DNA from: Albugo candida
Lineage: Eukaryota
Length of the DNA: 64,000 nucleotides
Reading direction: 5' to 3'
NCBI GenBank assembly: GCA_040437565.1
Contig: JBDOQK010000005.1
Location: 186,001-250,000 of the forward strand
This document shows, one piece after another, positions 14,021 to 25,794 of this stretch; within the stretch, counting starts at the first letter, position 1, and every line of letters begins with the position of its first letter. Under the pieces are notes generated by a model, which was not told where the DNA came from, searched no databases, and saw only the letters and a list, made by a program, of their open reading frames with translations. Made by a program: the position numbers and the translations under genes.

Positions 14021-14548
14021 TTAATCATCCAATTGGTACATCTCTTGGTAAAAGTCTGCAATTCTTGCTTCCAGTCGATCTTTCTCAAGAACAGGAACCG
14101 ATTTTGCCTGAATAATAATATGTGGAGGCAACGGTGTGTATGGAGAAATGTCTTCACGTGCGGCCAATTTGCACGCATCAGCTAATATTCCAACGCTTAT
14201 CGATGGGGAAGCCGTCACCGTCTTTTTTGAAGCGAATGATATCTTTTTCTGTATTTGAAGCTTTTTCCTCTGATAGTACTCGGCGCAGTTTGGGTCTAAT
14301 AACAATTGACTAATATGTTCAATTCGCTCTCTCTCCTCAATGTTGTGCGCATTTCCATTGCGTTCAATCGAATCTAAAAATTGATCTAAACGACTGCGAA
14401 CTTGGTAGGGTATCGACGCGTTTCGTCCATTTGATTTGATTTTCTTGTTTTTTGAGTCGCTCGTGGGAGCTGATTGAGACGATATTTTAGCCGCAATGCG
14501 TCGAGCTGCTTCTTGTTTGGAGCGAGCGATGCGATCGTCCAAATCCAT
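14021..14548 (-). CDS. Hypothetical 175 aa protein; C-terminus resembles a conserved segment of the CHERP splicing factor
   Basis: ATG-initiated ORF. ISVGILADACK...SPYTPL...DRLEARIADFY recalls the CHERP-type 'GLM...YxPL...RLxxxxxxFY' segment (from memory). Confidence 0.55.
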   Translation of the reverse strand: MDLDDRIARSKQEAARRIAAKISSQSAPTSDSKNKKIKSNGRNASIPYQVRSRLDQFLDSIERNGNAHNIEERERIEHISQLLLDPNCAEYYQRKKLQIQKKISFASKKTVTASPSISVGILADACKLAAREDISPYTPLPPHIIIQAKSVPVLEKDRLEARIADFYQEMYQLDD

Positions 14549-14607
14549 GATCTGGTTGAATGTCGCACGAAGGTATATCGTCCAGGGGAATTCATGCTAT
14601 TTCTCTC

Positions 14608-17378
14608 ATGAATTCATACCAAGCGCCGACTTTGAACGCTTCTAACGGAGAGGGTGCTGGGACGTCGTCAACGGAAATAGGAGGAAATTGCATGCAATCG
14701 AACGGGAGTCATATTGATTTCGTTGCCGAGTCTCAGACGGTTACAACAGCTATGGAAAACACGGCCGAAACCAAATGTGTAGCATCCCGCAGCACGAACT
14801 CCGTTGATACTTTATTGGTGAGATATTTGGAAAGTTTGGGATATCAAGTTATACCATCCAAAGCGCTATCAAATGCGCCGGAAGACGCAACCCAACAAGA
14901 GAGCAATTCACTAGCAGCCGAGTCAAACAAAACGGAGCACACCATACCAAATGGAGCTGTTCAGCGTTCTTTGATGGAATATGCAACGACTGTGGGGTTG
15001 AAAGCGCATGAAATTATGTTTAATCATCTTGTAAGTCTTTCTTATTCTTTTGATCTCTTATCAGCCACTCAATAATTTCTGAAGCTATTCCATGGACTAG
15101 AAGGCTCCAATCCTTACCGATATGAGGAATCGTATCGAAAGTTAATGGAATGGATCTGCAATTCGCTCGATATGCTCAAAGTACGCATTATCTTTTACAA
15201 AGAAAAAGTGTTTTGATCTCAGAATTTTCGTTATAGTATGAGCTTCACGGAATCGCGTTCCCGCTGTTCGTACATTCGTACTTGGAATTGATGATGAAAG
15301 GATTCGAAAAAGAAGCAAGAGGCTTTTTCATACGTCACGCAAAAGATCATTTTCGTCTACATCAAGAAGAGATAAGGATGCTGAGTTTGATTTCAAAGGT
15401 CGAACATCTCAAAAAAAGTGAGTACGCTCAACAGCGTATGCACAGCAGATTTCACATACAGCTGAGTATGCTATCGTTTCAACTGTTGAATGCATTCGTC
15501 AAACAAGAACAAATGTTTTTATTATTGAGCATACTGAACACACGTATTCAGCTATCAGTTACGAGTTTTCATCCTGGTCTCCAGATCCAGCAATTAAACG
15601 ATACGGATGCGTCCCTAATCGGGTCAAATCTTGTCGATCCGGTGATTTGGGATCAAGGGAAGAACGAGCAGAAAAGATCATTATCAGAACACGTCGCGGA
15701 TGATATCTTTCTTCAAGCTAGATCAAACGAGAGCGAGATTGGAATCCCGACTACACAGGGCGAATACAGTATGTCGTATCTGGTTCAGATAGCTGGAGGG
15801 TATGGCTCTCACGTTGGAGATCTGAACGTAATTCCGATATGCTGGGGTGTTCTGCCGGAGTGCAAAATACCAAGATTGGATAATTCGGATGCGATTATAC
15901 TGGACGACGAAAACTCTGCGAACAATACTAACGTCGGAGGTCACAATGGTGTTCCCGGCGTTCCAGCAGCCATACAAAGTAATGATAACAATGACAAGAA
16001 AACCGCTCCACTTGACATATCGAAATCAACCAGTGCAGATGACTTGGATCCAACACAAGCTTTCAGCAATGAAGAACGAACTTTGGATGCAACAGCTATC
16101 GAATCACAACGCAAATCTAAGCGTTTCAAAACCGAGAATGAAGCAAGCAGTACCAAAAACGTACTAAAAGAGATTGGTCCGCTTCCAGATCGGAAAACGC
16201 CTTTTTTTGCCGATATCATGGAAAAATTAGTATTACGTGAGCTGGCTGAGACGAAGGTGGCCGTCATGGAAGATTTACGCTCACGTGTCTCACTCGGCAA
16301 GTCAAATCTCCCGTCGTCATTGTGCTTTACATTTCTCAATGCCTCGACGCACATCACAAACATCGCATTCAACAGTGACGCAGCACTAGTGGGAGCAAGT
16401 TGTGAAGATGGCTCATTCCGTGTCTGGCGGAACGATAATCAACCTCTCGGTACACCCACCGGCGCTGTGGCCTCTCGAAATACTCCCAACGAAAATGAAC
16501 TGCGCGCAATTCTCCGAGGTCATTCAAACGCAGTATATGGAAGTTCTTTTTCACCAGATAGCCGCTTTGCGTTGACGTCATCGGCGGATTCAACTATTCG
16601 ACTATGGAGTTTGGCAGCCCGAAGTAATGTTGTTGTCTATCGATCTCACAGCGGGTATCCTGTATGGGATGTGGAATATGGGCATTATGGGTACTACTTT
16701 GCGTCTTGTTCGATGGACCGTACAGCACGACTGTGGAGTACAGATCATATCACGCCTTTGCGGATATACGCTGGACACTTATCCGATGTCGACTGCGTGC
16801 GTTTCCACCCAAATCATCATTATATAGCTACGGGTTCCAGCGATAAAACTGTCCGCTTGTGGGACGTTCAAACGGGAAAATGCATTCGAGTATTCACGGG
16901 TCATTTCCATGGAGTGAAATGTTTAGCATTTTCTAGAAACGGGCGATATTTAACTAGTTCTGGAGATGATCAGTATATAAATATTTGGGATTTGCAAGCT
17001 GGCAAACGACTGGAGACTTTGGTGGGTCATTGCGACTCTGTGACATCTTTGGATTTTAGTTGTGAGAGTAGTGTTCTTGCAAGCGGTGGAATGGATGGTA
17101 CAGTACGATTTTGGGATATGCAGACTCTGACTGCCAAATCGGTTCTTCCATTTGCAGCTCGAAACGATAGCACCCGGAAACTTCCTTACGACCATCAACA
17201 ATCCGGCCACAATGTCGGAAAGCACGTACATTACTTGCAGTCCGATGCACTGAAAAATTTCCAGTCATCTCAATTTTTACTGAAAACTTTGAGAACGAAG
17301 CAGACTCCGATTTACAAATTGCAGTTTACTCGCCGTAACCTGCTACTTTGTGGGGGAGTCCATATGTCCACAGAGTAA
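14608..17378 (+). CDS. TAF5: TFIID subunit TAF5 (NTD2 + WD40), 3 exons
   Basis: NTD2 YELHGIAFPLFVHSYLEL; WD40 repeats YPVWDV, SCSMDRTARLW, GHLSDVDCVRFHPN, ATGSSDKTVRLWD; TKQTPIY tail. Introns 15031-15084 and 15181-15236. Start may instead be 14560. Confidence 0.93.
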
Positions 17379-17452
17379 TTTGAATACAATAACTAGACTT
17401 GGGGCTCTGCAAGATAATGGAGTTCTATTAAACTTTGTGCACACTTTTTTCT

Positions 17453-18250
17453 TCACCTTTTCCGATGCGCAAAAAGTTCAAAAATGAGCTTAGTGACAGT
17501 GATTGCAGCAGCAACAGCGCTCGTGCATACAGCAATTTTGATCTGCTTTTGCATGGTATCCATTAGGTCGTGTAAATGTGCTTCGTGCTGGGCTGCGTAC
17601 TTGCCCATAACATCCGGCTCCAAGTTGACTAGATCACCAATCTTTTTCTTTGGTAGCGTGACGCAATTTTGAGTGTGCTGGATCAACATGAGCGTAAACC
17701 AATTCTCGTCGCGATTCACTTGACACACCGTGAGGCTGGTGCCGTCCACCGCAATGTAGCTTTTGGGAAGTACATGATCCAGAATCTTTTTCGACGTTTG
17801 AATTTTCACCCAGAGAGATTCAATTTCCTTTGTGAAAGATAGAATAGTTCCTGTGCCATCGACATGACCTTGGACAAAATGACCGCTGTTGCGAGCATCC
17901 GCGCGGATACTTCGCTCGATATTGACGAGATCACCAGGCTTCAATTGTCCCAAATTTGTACAACGTAAGCTACAAAAAAAAGTGAGCTTGGAGTACTATT
18001 CCGTTCATCATGAACGATCTTACGTTTCCGGAGCCACTCCAAATGTGAAGCCTTTGTGATCGAATTTTGTTACGGTCAAACATGTACCGTTTATTGCGAT
18101 ACTACACCCGATATAAGCACCCTCTAATGCAAGTTTAGCTGCTACAGCAAGCTCGTATCCTGCAGCTACTTCTCCATTCCAGAGTAAGAGGTTGTCATGC
18201 TGTTGCATGGACACAACTGTTCCGATTTCTTCGACAATTCCCGAAAACAT
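17453..18250 (-). CDS. RIB5: Riboflavin synthase (alpha-type) with hydrophobic C-terminal extension
   Basis: MFSGIVEEIG start, SIAINGTCLTV, VNIER...GHFVQGHVDG, IAVDGTSLTV, VNLEPDVMGKY. Intron 17970-18023. Confidence 0.93.
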
Positions 18251-19407
18251 ATGAAAGATACAAAATGAAATATTATGCTTAAATATAAAATGAGACGGGT
18301 TATACGATCAGAGAAATCACAAACTCTAGAGTCAAACATGAATATGTATGCAGCATCATGCGCCTTGGCCACAAGTATCTTTGGCAGGGAGCAAAAGTGC
18401 CAGTTCATGATGGTGAAGCTTCGCATCATCATAACCTTGTTCGAAACGCGTATTATGCGCGTCTATATTTGCACTGAGATGAAAGGATGTGATAGTCTGA
18501 CGACGCCATTGCCACGGACGTACGATCAATTGCCTTGGGTGTTGCACAGTATCTAGATCAAGACAATTGCTACTTCTACGAGAAGAAAGCTCCATATGTG
18601 GCGCAATTGCTGGATGAGGACTGCGTATTTGACGAGGTAAGTACTCATCTAATATTGAGTTGATACATTTCGTCCAACCTCCACAATAACTCGAGAGTTT
18701 TTCTGCANNNNNNNNNNNNNNNNNNNNNNNNNNNNNNNNNNNNNNNNNNNNNNNNNNNNNNNNNNNNNNNNNNNNNNNNNNNNNNNNNNNNNNNNNNNNN
18801 NNNNNNNCCGATATAAGCACCCTCTAATGCAAGTTTAGCTGCTACAGCAAGCTCGTATCCTGCAGCTACTTCTCCATTCCAGAGTAAGAGGTTGTCATGC
18901 TGTTGCATGGACACAACTGTTCCGATTTCTTCGACAATTCCCGAAAACATATGAAAGATACAAAATGAAATATTATGCTTAAATATAAAATGAGACGGGT
19001 TATACGATCAGAGAAATCACAAACTCTAGAGTCAAACATGAATATGTATGCAGCATCATGCGCCTTGGCCACAAGTATCTTTGGCAGGGAGCAAAAGTGC
19101 CAGTTCATGATGGTGAAGCTTCGCATCATCATAACCTTGTTCGAAACGCGTATTATGCGCGTCTATATTTGCACTGAGATGAAAGGATGTGATAGTCTGA
19201 CGACGCCATTGCCACGGACGTACGATCAATTGCCTTGGGTGTTGCACAGTATCTAGATCAAGACAATTGCTACTTCTACGAGAAGAAAGCTCCATATGTG
19301 GCGCAATTGCTGGATGAGGACTGCGTATTTGACGAGGTAAGTACTCATCTAATATTGAGTTGATACATTTCGTCCAACCTCCACAATAACTCGAGAGTTT
19401 TTCTGCA
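18108..19407. repeat. Gap-flanking direct duplication 18108-18707 = 18808-19407 (probable assembly artefact)
   Basis: Offset 700 across gap 18708-18807. It duplicates the 5' end of riboflavin synthase and the 3' end of the patatin gene. Confidence 0.9.
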
Positions 19408-20171
19408 TTGGAGTGCACCACATCACATACTAATTGTGAAGAATGGAACCATAAATCCGCCCAAGTATTGTATTTTTCGCATTTTACACCTTTAAAATTA
19501 GAAAAGGCGCCATCAATGTACCATTTTCCATGCAGAGATAGAAAGGGTCGACCAGTCAGAGCAAAAGGAACCAACGCTGATGCAATTATCGAATTCGCTA
19601 AATCTTCCACACTGTCCCATTTTGTGAATTGCTCCGCCTTCATTGAAGGAAACTCCGTTGCAACAATCGAGAGGTTTTTGTCGTGTATTCGTCTTATTAC
19701 CGCTGGTCCATCATCTTCCCAAAGATTATAAACAGACTCAACGATTGCATTTGCAATTTTACCATAGCCGCTGTACCAGCGCGCTTTTTTGAAGCACTTC
19801 ACTGTAGCTTCTCGCATGACTCTCCACGCTTCACGTACATCGGTTTCAGAAGCTAACAAGGTCGCCGTCCAAGCACCACCAGAGCACCCAGAAAAGTGAC
19901 AATCTGATAAAACAAAGTGTTCCTGTAGATACGCCGCAATTCCCATCTGATAGACAAAACAACCTGCGGAAGCCGTGAAAGCAATTTCAATTGGTGGTAG
20001 TTCTCTTTCAGCCACTCCTTTCTCATCCAGCGCAATTGGTTGCGTGATTTCAATCATCGGACGTTCTTCATATTCAGCTGTTTCATCCAAATCTGACTGC
20101 ACATCAATCGATGCTTCATTTACAGAGTCGGAGCGATTATTATCGCATTCGGTTATCGAAATTGTTGCCAT
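19056..20171 (-). CDS. Patatin-like phospholipase (PNPLA family)
   Basis: ASAGC/YQMG glycine loop, nucleophile GCSGG (GxSxG), ASALVP, YIDGA catalytic Asp motif. Confidence 0.85.
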   Translation of the reverse strand: MATISITECDNNRSDSVNEASIDVQSDLDETAEYEERPMIEITQPIALDEKGVAERELPPIEIAFTASAGCFVYQMGIAAYLQEHFVLSDCHFSGCSGGAWTATLLASETDVREAWRVMREATVKCFKKARWYSGYGKIANAIVESVYNLWEDDGPAVIRRIHDKNLSIVATEFPSMKAEQFTKWDSVEDLANSIIASALVPFALTGRPFLSLHGKWYIDGAFSNFKGVKCEKYNTWADLWFHSSQLVCDVVHSNAEKLSSYCGGWTKCINSILDEYLPRQIRSPHPAIAPHMELSSRRSSNCLDLDTVQHPRQLIVRPWQWRRQTITSFHLSANIDAHNTRFEQGYDDAKLHHHELALLLPAKDTCGQGA

Positions 20172-20556
20172 GATTCTTTGTCGTCGAAATATAATTTCGG
20201 AATGGAGTGCAGAGTATGAATGAAAAGTCTATCAGGCGTTTTCCGCAGCTTGTCTTTGTATGTAGCGGACTTTAGTGGTCACGATGACATCACAAAATGA
20301 CTAAGTTACGCAACTTGAAGCAAGTGATCGTTAACTGTTGGCCAATAAACAACGGTACCATAATTCTGGTACTCAAGAGGTGCTCCGATAGATGAGCCTT
20401 CCGATTTACGATCGAATAGACGTCAATCTAAATATGGTGTACCACGCATGATAAAAACCAAAAGGGACAGCGTTACAGCCACTCGACTACGTGGTATTAG
20501 CATCATGGGTTCATTACTTTTGTGATTTAGTGCCAGACACCCGTCATCATCCAAAA

Positions 20557-21537
20557 ATGGGAAATTTAGCATCGGAACCCGAGACGCGCTTTTGGAAGCG
20601 CTTCTACACCAATGTGACTATCAATCAGCATACTACGCACATAGAAGAAATCGAAGATACATCACCCATGAGTCCCTTAGCTCTGGCATCCGATGCGTGT
20701 GCAGGAGGCATCATTTTTTGGTCCGGACTTTCACTAGCTCAGGTGATGCAAAAGTGTTTGCGAGTTTCGAGCGCTACACCCATTCTTCCTCAAGTGATCG
20801 GATGTATTTCCATAGCATGTTTGTCTACAGCATCCGTTTGGTATGCAGCTCTACCAAGAAAGCTCTTGCTGGATTATAATAAATCTACTTCGGATCAGTG
20901 GAAGAAAATTACGACATTGTACGAGTACATGACCGCGTTTTATCACATGAGAATGCAAACGACGTCTTTGAGTATGCATCCTATATATTGTTTGATGGGT
21001 TTTATTATTTTCAGAGTCCTGGGCGGTCGAATGCTTGCGATTGCTCCGAGTGATTATCGCTTTCTTGGTGCCTTCCATCGGTTTGAGTCATCCGCAAGCG
21101 CTACTCAAATGTACGCTGGCGATAAAATACGACTCATGATGCAATCTTTTGGTCGGAGAACAGGATGTCATACATGCGGAAGTCGACGTCATTCATTATA
21201 CCACGCGGATCATATGCCACCGAATGAGTGAGACTTGTGTATTTTTTATCACCACTACCCTCTGACATCTTTTTTCAGATTTGCGAAACGGGATAATGCG
21301 GGTTTGATGAATCGATGGCTTGGCCGAACCGTTCGTCAGCGCTACTATCCACAATGTCAGACTTGTTCCAATATACAGGGACCACTGGTTAAACAAACAG
21401 GGTCAAATCGCTGGTCTCGAGCATCAAAGCTGCAATCACATTGGAAAGAATTCAGAGCGTACCATCTGACCGGATTTTGGCTCGTTCTATTTGTCTCAAT
21501 ACCATCCACCACGAAAAGTCTTCAACCCTCGTCATGA
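20557..21537 (+). CDS. Membrane protein with C-terminal HNH-like zinc module (GCHTCG...DHMPP...YPQCQTCSNIQG), 2 exons
   Basis: ATG 20557 (MGNLAS), about three hydrophobic segments, and an intron near 21229-21279 joining ORFs 20491-21231 and 21235-21537 in frame. Confidence 0.75.
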
Positions 21538-23620
21538 GACTGCTGCTGCGCTCCATAGAAACTTGCTACGATTGAACGAACGCGGTAGTTGCTAGAAACG
21601 CTCGACTGCAGGTACCAACTGCTTTTATGCTTTTGATTCTGGGCCTGAAGTACATCGTACTTGGCAGTTTATAACTAAATACATTAGGATATCTCAATAA
21701 TCTCGTATGAGCCATCATTATGGCCTATAGCATAGGGACAATTCGTAGACCTCATTCCTCTTTAGTAAACTCGAGCATCCAGGAATGATTCTGACACACA
21801 ATATGCTGCTAGCGTGTTTTCAACTGCAAAAAGAATGAGAGTTGTATTGATAAGGAAAAGCCGCCGATCGACACATTACCACGTAGATCCTGAGTGAACC
21901 AATTCCCTACATCACGAACATTAAAAAACACACTAAGATGTCAACATGAAATTGAGCAGCAGATTCGTGGGACATTGCAGAAACTTTCGGCTAATCAANN
22001 NNNNNNNNNNNNNNNNNNNNNNNNNNNNNNNNNNNNNNNNNNNNNNNNNNNNNNNNNNNNNNNNNNNNNNNNNNNNNNNNNNNNNNNNNNNNNNNNNNCT
22101 ATTTATCTATCTACTTGATTCTAATTATTAAAAAAAACAGGTATTATTTTTTCAGCTGGTATATAAGTACACAACTCATTGTTATTTTAATCACAAAGTC
22201 AAGGTACGAAATTACGGAAGCTATTTCTGAGCCATTCAGGCCATTTGACAACTTACTCGACACGATAAAAAAGCATTCACAAACTGAGACCGTGCCAACC
22301 AGAGTGAGGTTTCCACCATATCTTTCAGAGTACTCAATAGTGATTCTGTATTGATCAGAAACCCCACCGAGCGGATAAATCTCAAGTGCTCAATATGCTC
22401 ACCCGAATGCTCGAATGCCAAACCAATAATTGTGAAGCCGCAGCTGTGATAGCAAGCGCTTGTAAAAATACAATATCTTGTCTGTGCTCAATACGCTCCA
22501 ACAAGCGTTGATCATTAGTTGACTGAGTGTATAAATGTTGCAATCGTCGCAATCCGCGTTCTTTGAACCCCAAGGAGTAAGCCGCACTACATCCATGGGC
22601 GATGACCGGAAATATAAGTTCATCCATTCTTTTGCATCGACCCGAATGCGGCAAAGTTGATTGATTACTAGCTGTTGCAATTCATGGAGCTGCGTGTAGT
22701 GAGTCAGCCTATTTCTTGCATCACAAACAAGTTCCGAATGTAAAGTGATGGTGTCTTCACTCTGAGTTTTGGAGCACGGAGATGACGGCGTCTGATCATA
22801 TCTTTGAGCGACGTCGGCCATAAAGCGCTCAGCATCATGCGTTCTCCGCGTGTTTCGAGTTTGTAGCATTTTGACATATGCAAATGCAATAGATACCGAG
22901 CAGAACGAAGCTGATAAATTCTTCCGAAACCAAAACATGCTCTGGCTCAGAAGGTTCCAATGAGGTTCTAGTTGGCCTTTTGCTCAGATTGCCGTCATAC
23001 AAATTGATGGAGCCTGTGCTGGCCGGAGAAGTTAAATCATTCGTCGAAATGACTTTCTCAAGCTCGCCTCCGACGTAATCACCATTGTATTTTCTGAAAT
23101 ACATTCCGCTTGCCATCTCCAATAAGAATCGTTTATCGTATCCTGATTTCTGTCCTACGAAATTGCGTTTGGCATAGACATAAGAGTGTCCCAAATCCGT
23201 TGTATTTGTTGACGGAAGTCGATTGAGGATTGGTAAACGAGCTTGGGATGCCGTTGTAGATCGATGGCACTCCAGTATGATGGTGCTATGCGAAAAAATA
23301 GTCACCCAATTGGTGGGACCCGTGCGAAGCCAAGTGATTGCTAACTGCTCACCGACACTGAATCGGGTTCGATGCCGCGTATTTTTCGAATTGAATCATT
23401 TGTCAGAGCTTTAAAGGAACCGAAAGTGTTGTCATGAATTCTCGTACATCAAATCTCCTTTCCAATCTTCGTCTGACGAAGCGGCTCTGGATCTCAGTTC
23501 GGGAAGCTTCATAACATCTTTGTTCTCCGGGATTTCACAATATATATTGCTTGCTTTCGGAGATATCTCGATATACAAGAGATAGAAGTAGGTGGCTCGT
23601 CTGCATGCATCACCAGTCAT
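21523..23620 (-). CDS. Multi-exon hypothetical protein, interrupted by gap 21999-22098
   Basis: ORFs 23432-23620, 22835-23305 and 22399-22938 can be linked by short GT-AG introns. Further small exons appear down to about 21523; the 3' structure is uncertain. Confidence 0.5.
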
Positions 23621-24513
23621 TCCTGTCCAAGTGATTATTCAGCACGGACAATCGCGCGAATTGCGCTTGACGACAAGGACTCAATCGCAATAGAGCGTCC
23701 CTAGAATAGTACAAGACGCTGATTGGACAATATCGATACCTTGGGAAGGTACGTTATATCATATATACTCACGTACAATTTGATACCTTGGCATGGAGCA
23801 CCTGATAGACGGAAAAGATCACGCACGTGACCAGTATTTCCCCACATTTCATAATTTCTATTGACATAGAGGCTATAAACGCATGCATTACTTACGAATA
23901 ACTTTGCTCACATAATCTTTCGGTATGCTTTCAAAGGGCATGCCTCACGCTTATACTGCGCCTGTCGTGAGGATAGAAAGAACATTACCGAGCAGTAGTG
24001 CAGTGTTTATGCGCAGACACTTGCTTATGATTCACAAGAAAACTCTTCGATGTCCGTAATTTTTCGCTTTCCAAGCAATTACCAAATACAATTAAAACAT
24101 TATCAGATGTTAACCAGCATTCACGACTCAGTGCAACTTTACGCCACTCAGATGTTGAAGAGTCGACAGTAACTTTGTAGTTTCCTGCATGGCATTACCG
24201 GAGGAAAGTACTCCTATAGAGTAATCGAAGATAGGGTACAAAAGATGTGAGTGATTCTCGCTCTCCTGCTGCAAGAAATCGAAAGTGCAAGAAAAAGCAC
24301 CTACGCAAGGAGAGCGACGAAGTAGGTAGAATCTCTCAATTTTTTTATGCTCTATATGGAATGCAATAAATGTCACTGAGTTTCTATGTAAAGAGATATG
24401 ACAGCTGGCAATGCACTGGCATGTCAGCATTATACTGACCTGAATGCTCAAAATCGCCTTGAGAGTTCTTGAAGTATCTCACTCTTCAATTTACCATCTA
24501 CAAGTAAGCTACT

Positions 24514-25035
24514 ATGGTCTCCTCCATCATTTTCATCACTGGAATAATCCTTCTTGCTACTGCAAATGGCAAAACTATTCGCTCTCTCGATATAAGCTCG
24601 GGATCAAACAAAAAAGGGACTATGAAGATTGATCAAATCCAATGTCAATCCGATTGGTCCAACCCTCAGTGGCATAAATGCATATCTGATGGCTCCAACA
24701 CTAAAGCTTGTCAGGATACATTTTTCACACAGATCGTTCCGAGTATCTATGCATTCCTCAAACTGGACGTGGATGTCAATATCTTGAATTTGCTGAGCGT
24801 TGATGTGGAGTTATATCTGGCTGTACTTGGTCGCGCATTTGTCTCAACTATACCTCAAGGATTAAGTGGAGCCGATATTTTGGTCGCAATCAAAGCTTAT
24901 GCCAGTGTCCATCCGCAAATTGAACTCTGGATCAATTACTTTCCTCGTTCACCAAGTTTGATCAATATCGATCTCGACATTGGTGCAGAAATTGTCATCT
25001 GGGTGGTTCTTGTGTTGGCGTTCGGCTGTTGGTGA
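24514..25035 (+). CDS. Small secreted protein, candidate effector (173 aa, single exon)
   Basis: Signal-peptide-like MVSSIIFITGIILLATANG, three N-terminal Cys, intronless, lies in a gene-sparse block. Confidence 0.7.
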   Translation: MVSSIIFITGIILLATANGKTIRSLDISSGSNKKGTMKIDQIQCQSDWSNPQWHKCISDGSNTKACQDTFFTQIVPSIYAFLKLDVDVNILNLLSVDVELYLAVLGRAFVSTIPQGLSGADILVAIKAYASVHPQIELWINYFPRSPSLINIDLDIGAEIVIWVVLVLAFGCW

Positions 25036-25794
25036 ACGAATATCGAAGCATTTCGTCTGTTTCGTGGATGAAACTTTCTCCAGCAAAGAGTTTGAGAATT
25101 GAATGCAATGTCGTTTTTGCGTGGAATATCTCCCTTGTAGCTTCTCTTTATTTTCTAGGCCCTCGTCCTTTTCACGCTTGTACACCGCACTTTCACTTTT
25201 CCTAAACATCGCTCTTAAAACTCTATTCCATATTCGATTGAAAAATCCGGTCTCGCCTCACCTTATTATTGAATCTACAAGGAAAGGCCTGCTTCAATCA
25301 GAAACTGAATTGTTCACCGCCCAAAATGATTCTCTTGTCGAAGATGAGAAGAATTTACAAGTAGACCCGTTAGTCAGGATAGATAGGAGTGCAGGCGTTC
25401 AGACACACGCACTCTGATTATGGCGTACGGGCTAGGTAAGATTCGACCGCTGCACTCTATTCACTGCAAAATGACTCGTCAGACACACATCTCTTAGTGC
25501 ACAGTATATCGCGTGCACATTTACGCTAGTCTACAATGCTATTGCACTCTACGGGCACGCATGCTTTGCGTAATTGCGAGTTCTCAAATCTCATAGTTGC
25601 CGCTCGCTTCAAATTATTTGTAACAACGATCGGATCGAAGCAGACACCGGTGCATTTGCAAACGCTTTATCCAATAAGTCATCGTATTGGTACATACATT
25701 CTGAGTGTCAATCAATCGATCGCTATGTATTTCGATCTCGGCATCAGCGATGAGCAATGGGTGAAACCAACGATGTTGCCCTCCCTACTGAACA

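Noticed and set aside
18356..18950. Riboflavin synthase-patatin fusion or paralogues
   Set aside because: The ORFs run through N gaps inside an overlap duplication.
25383..25460. Imperfect inverted repeat ataggagtgcag/ctgcactctat (MITE-like)
   Set aside because: Short, no target-site duplication seen, single copy in the window.
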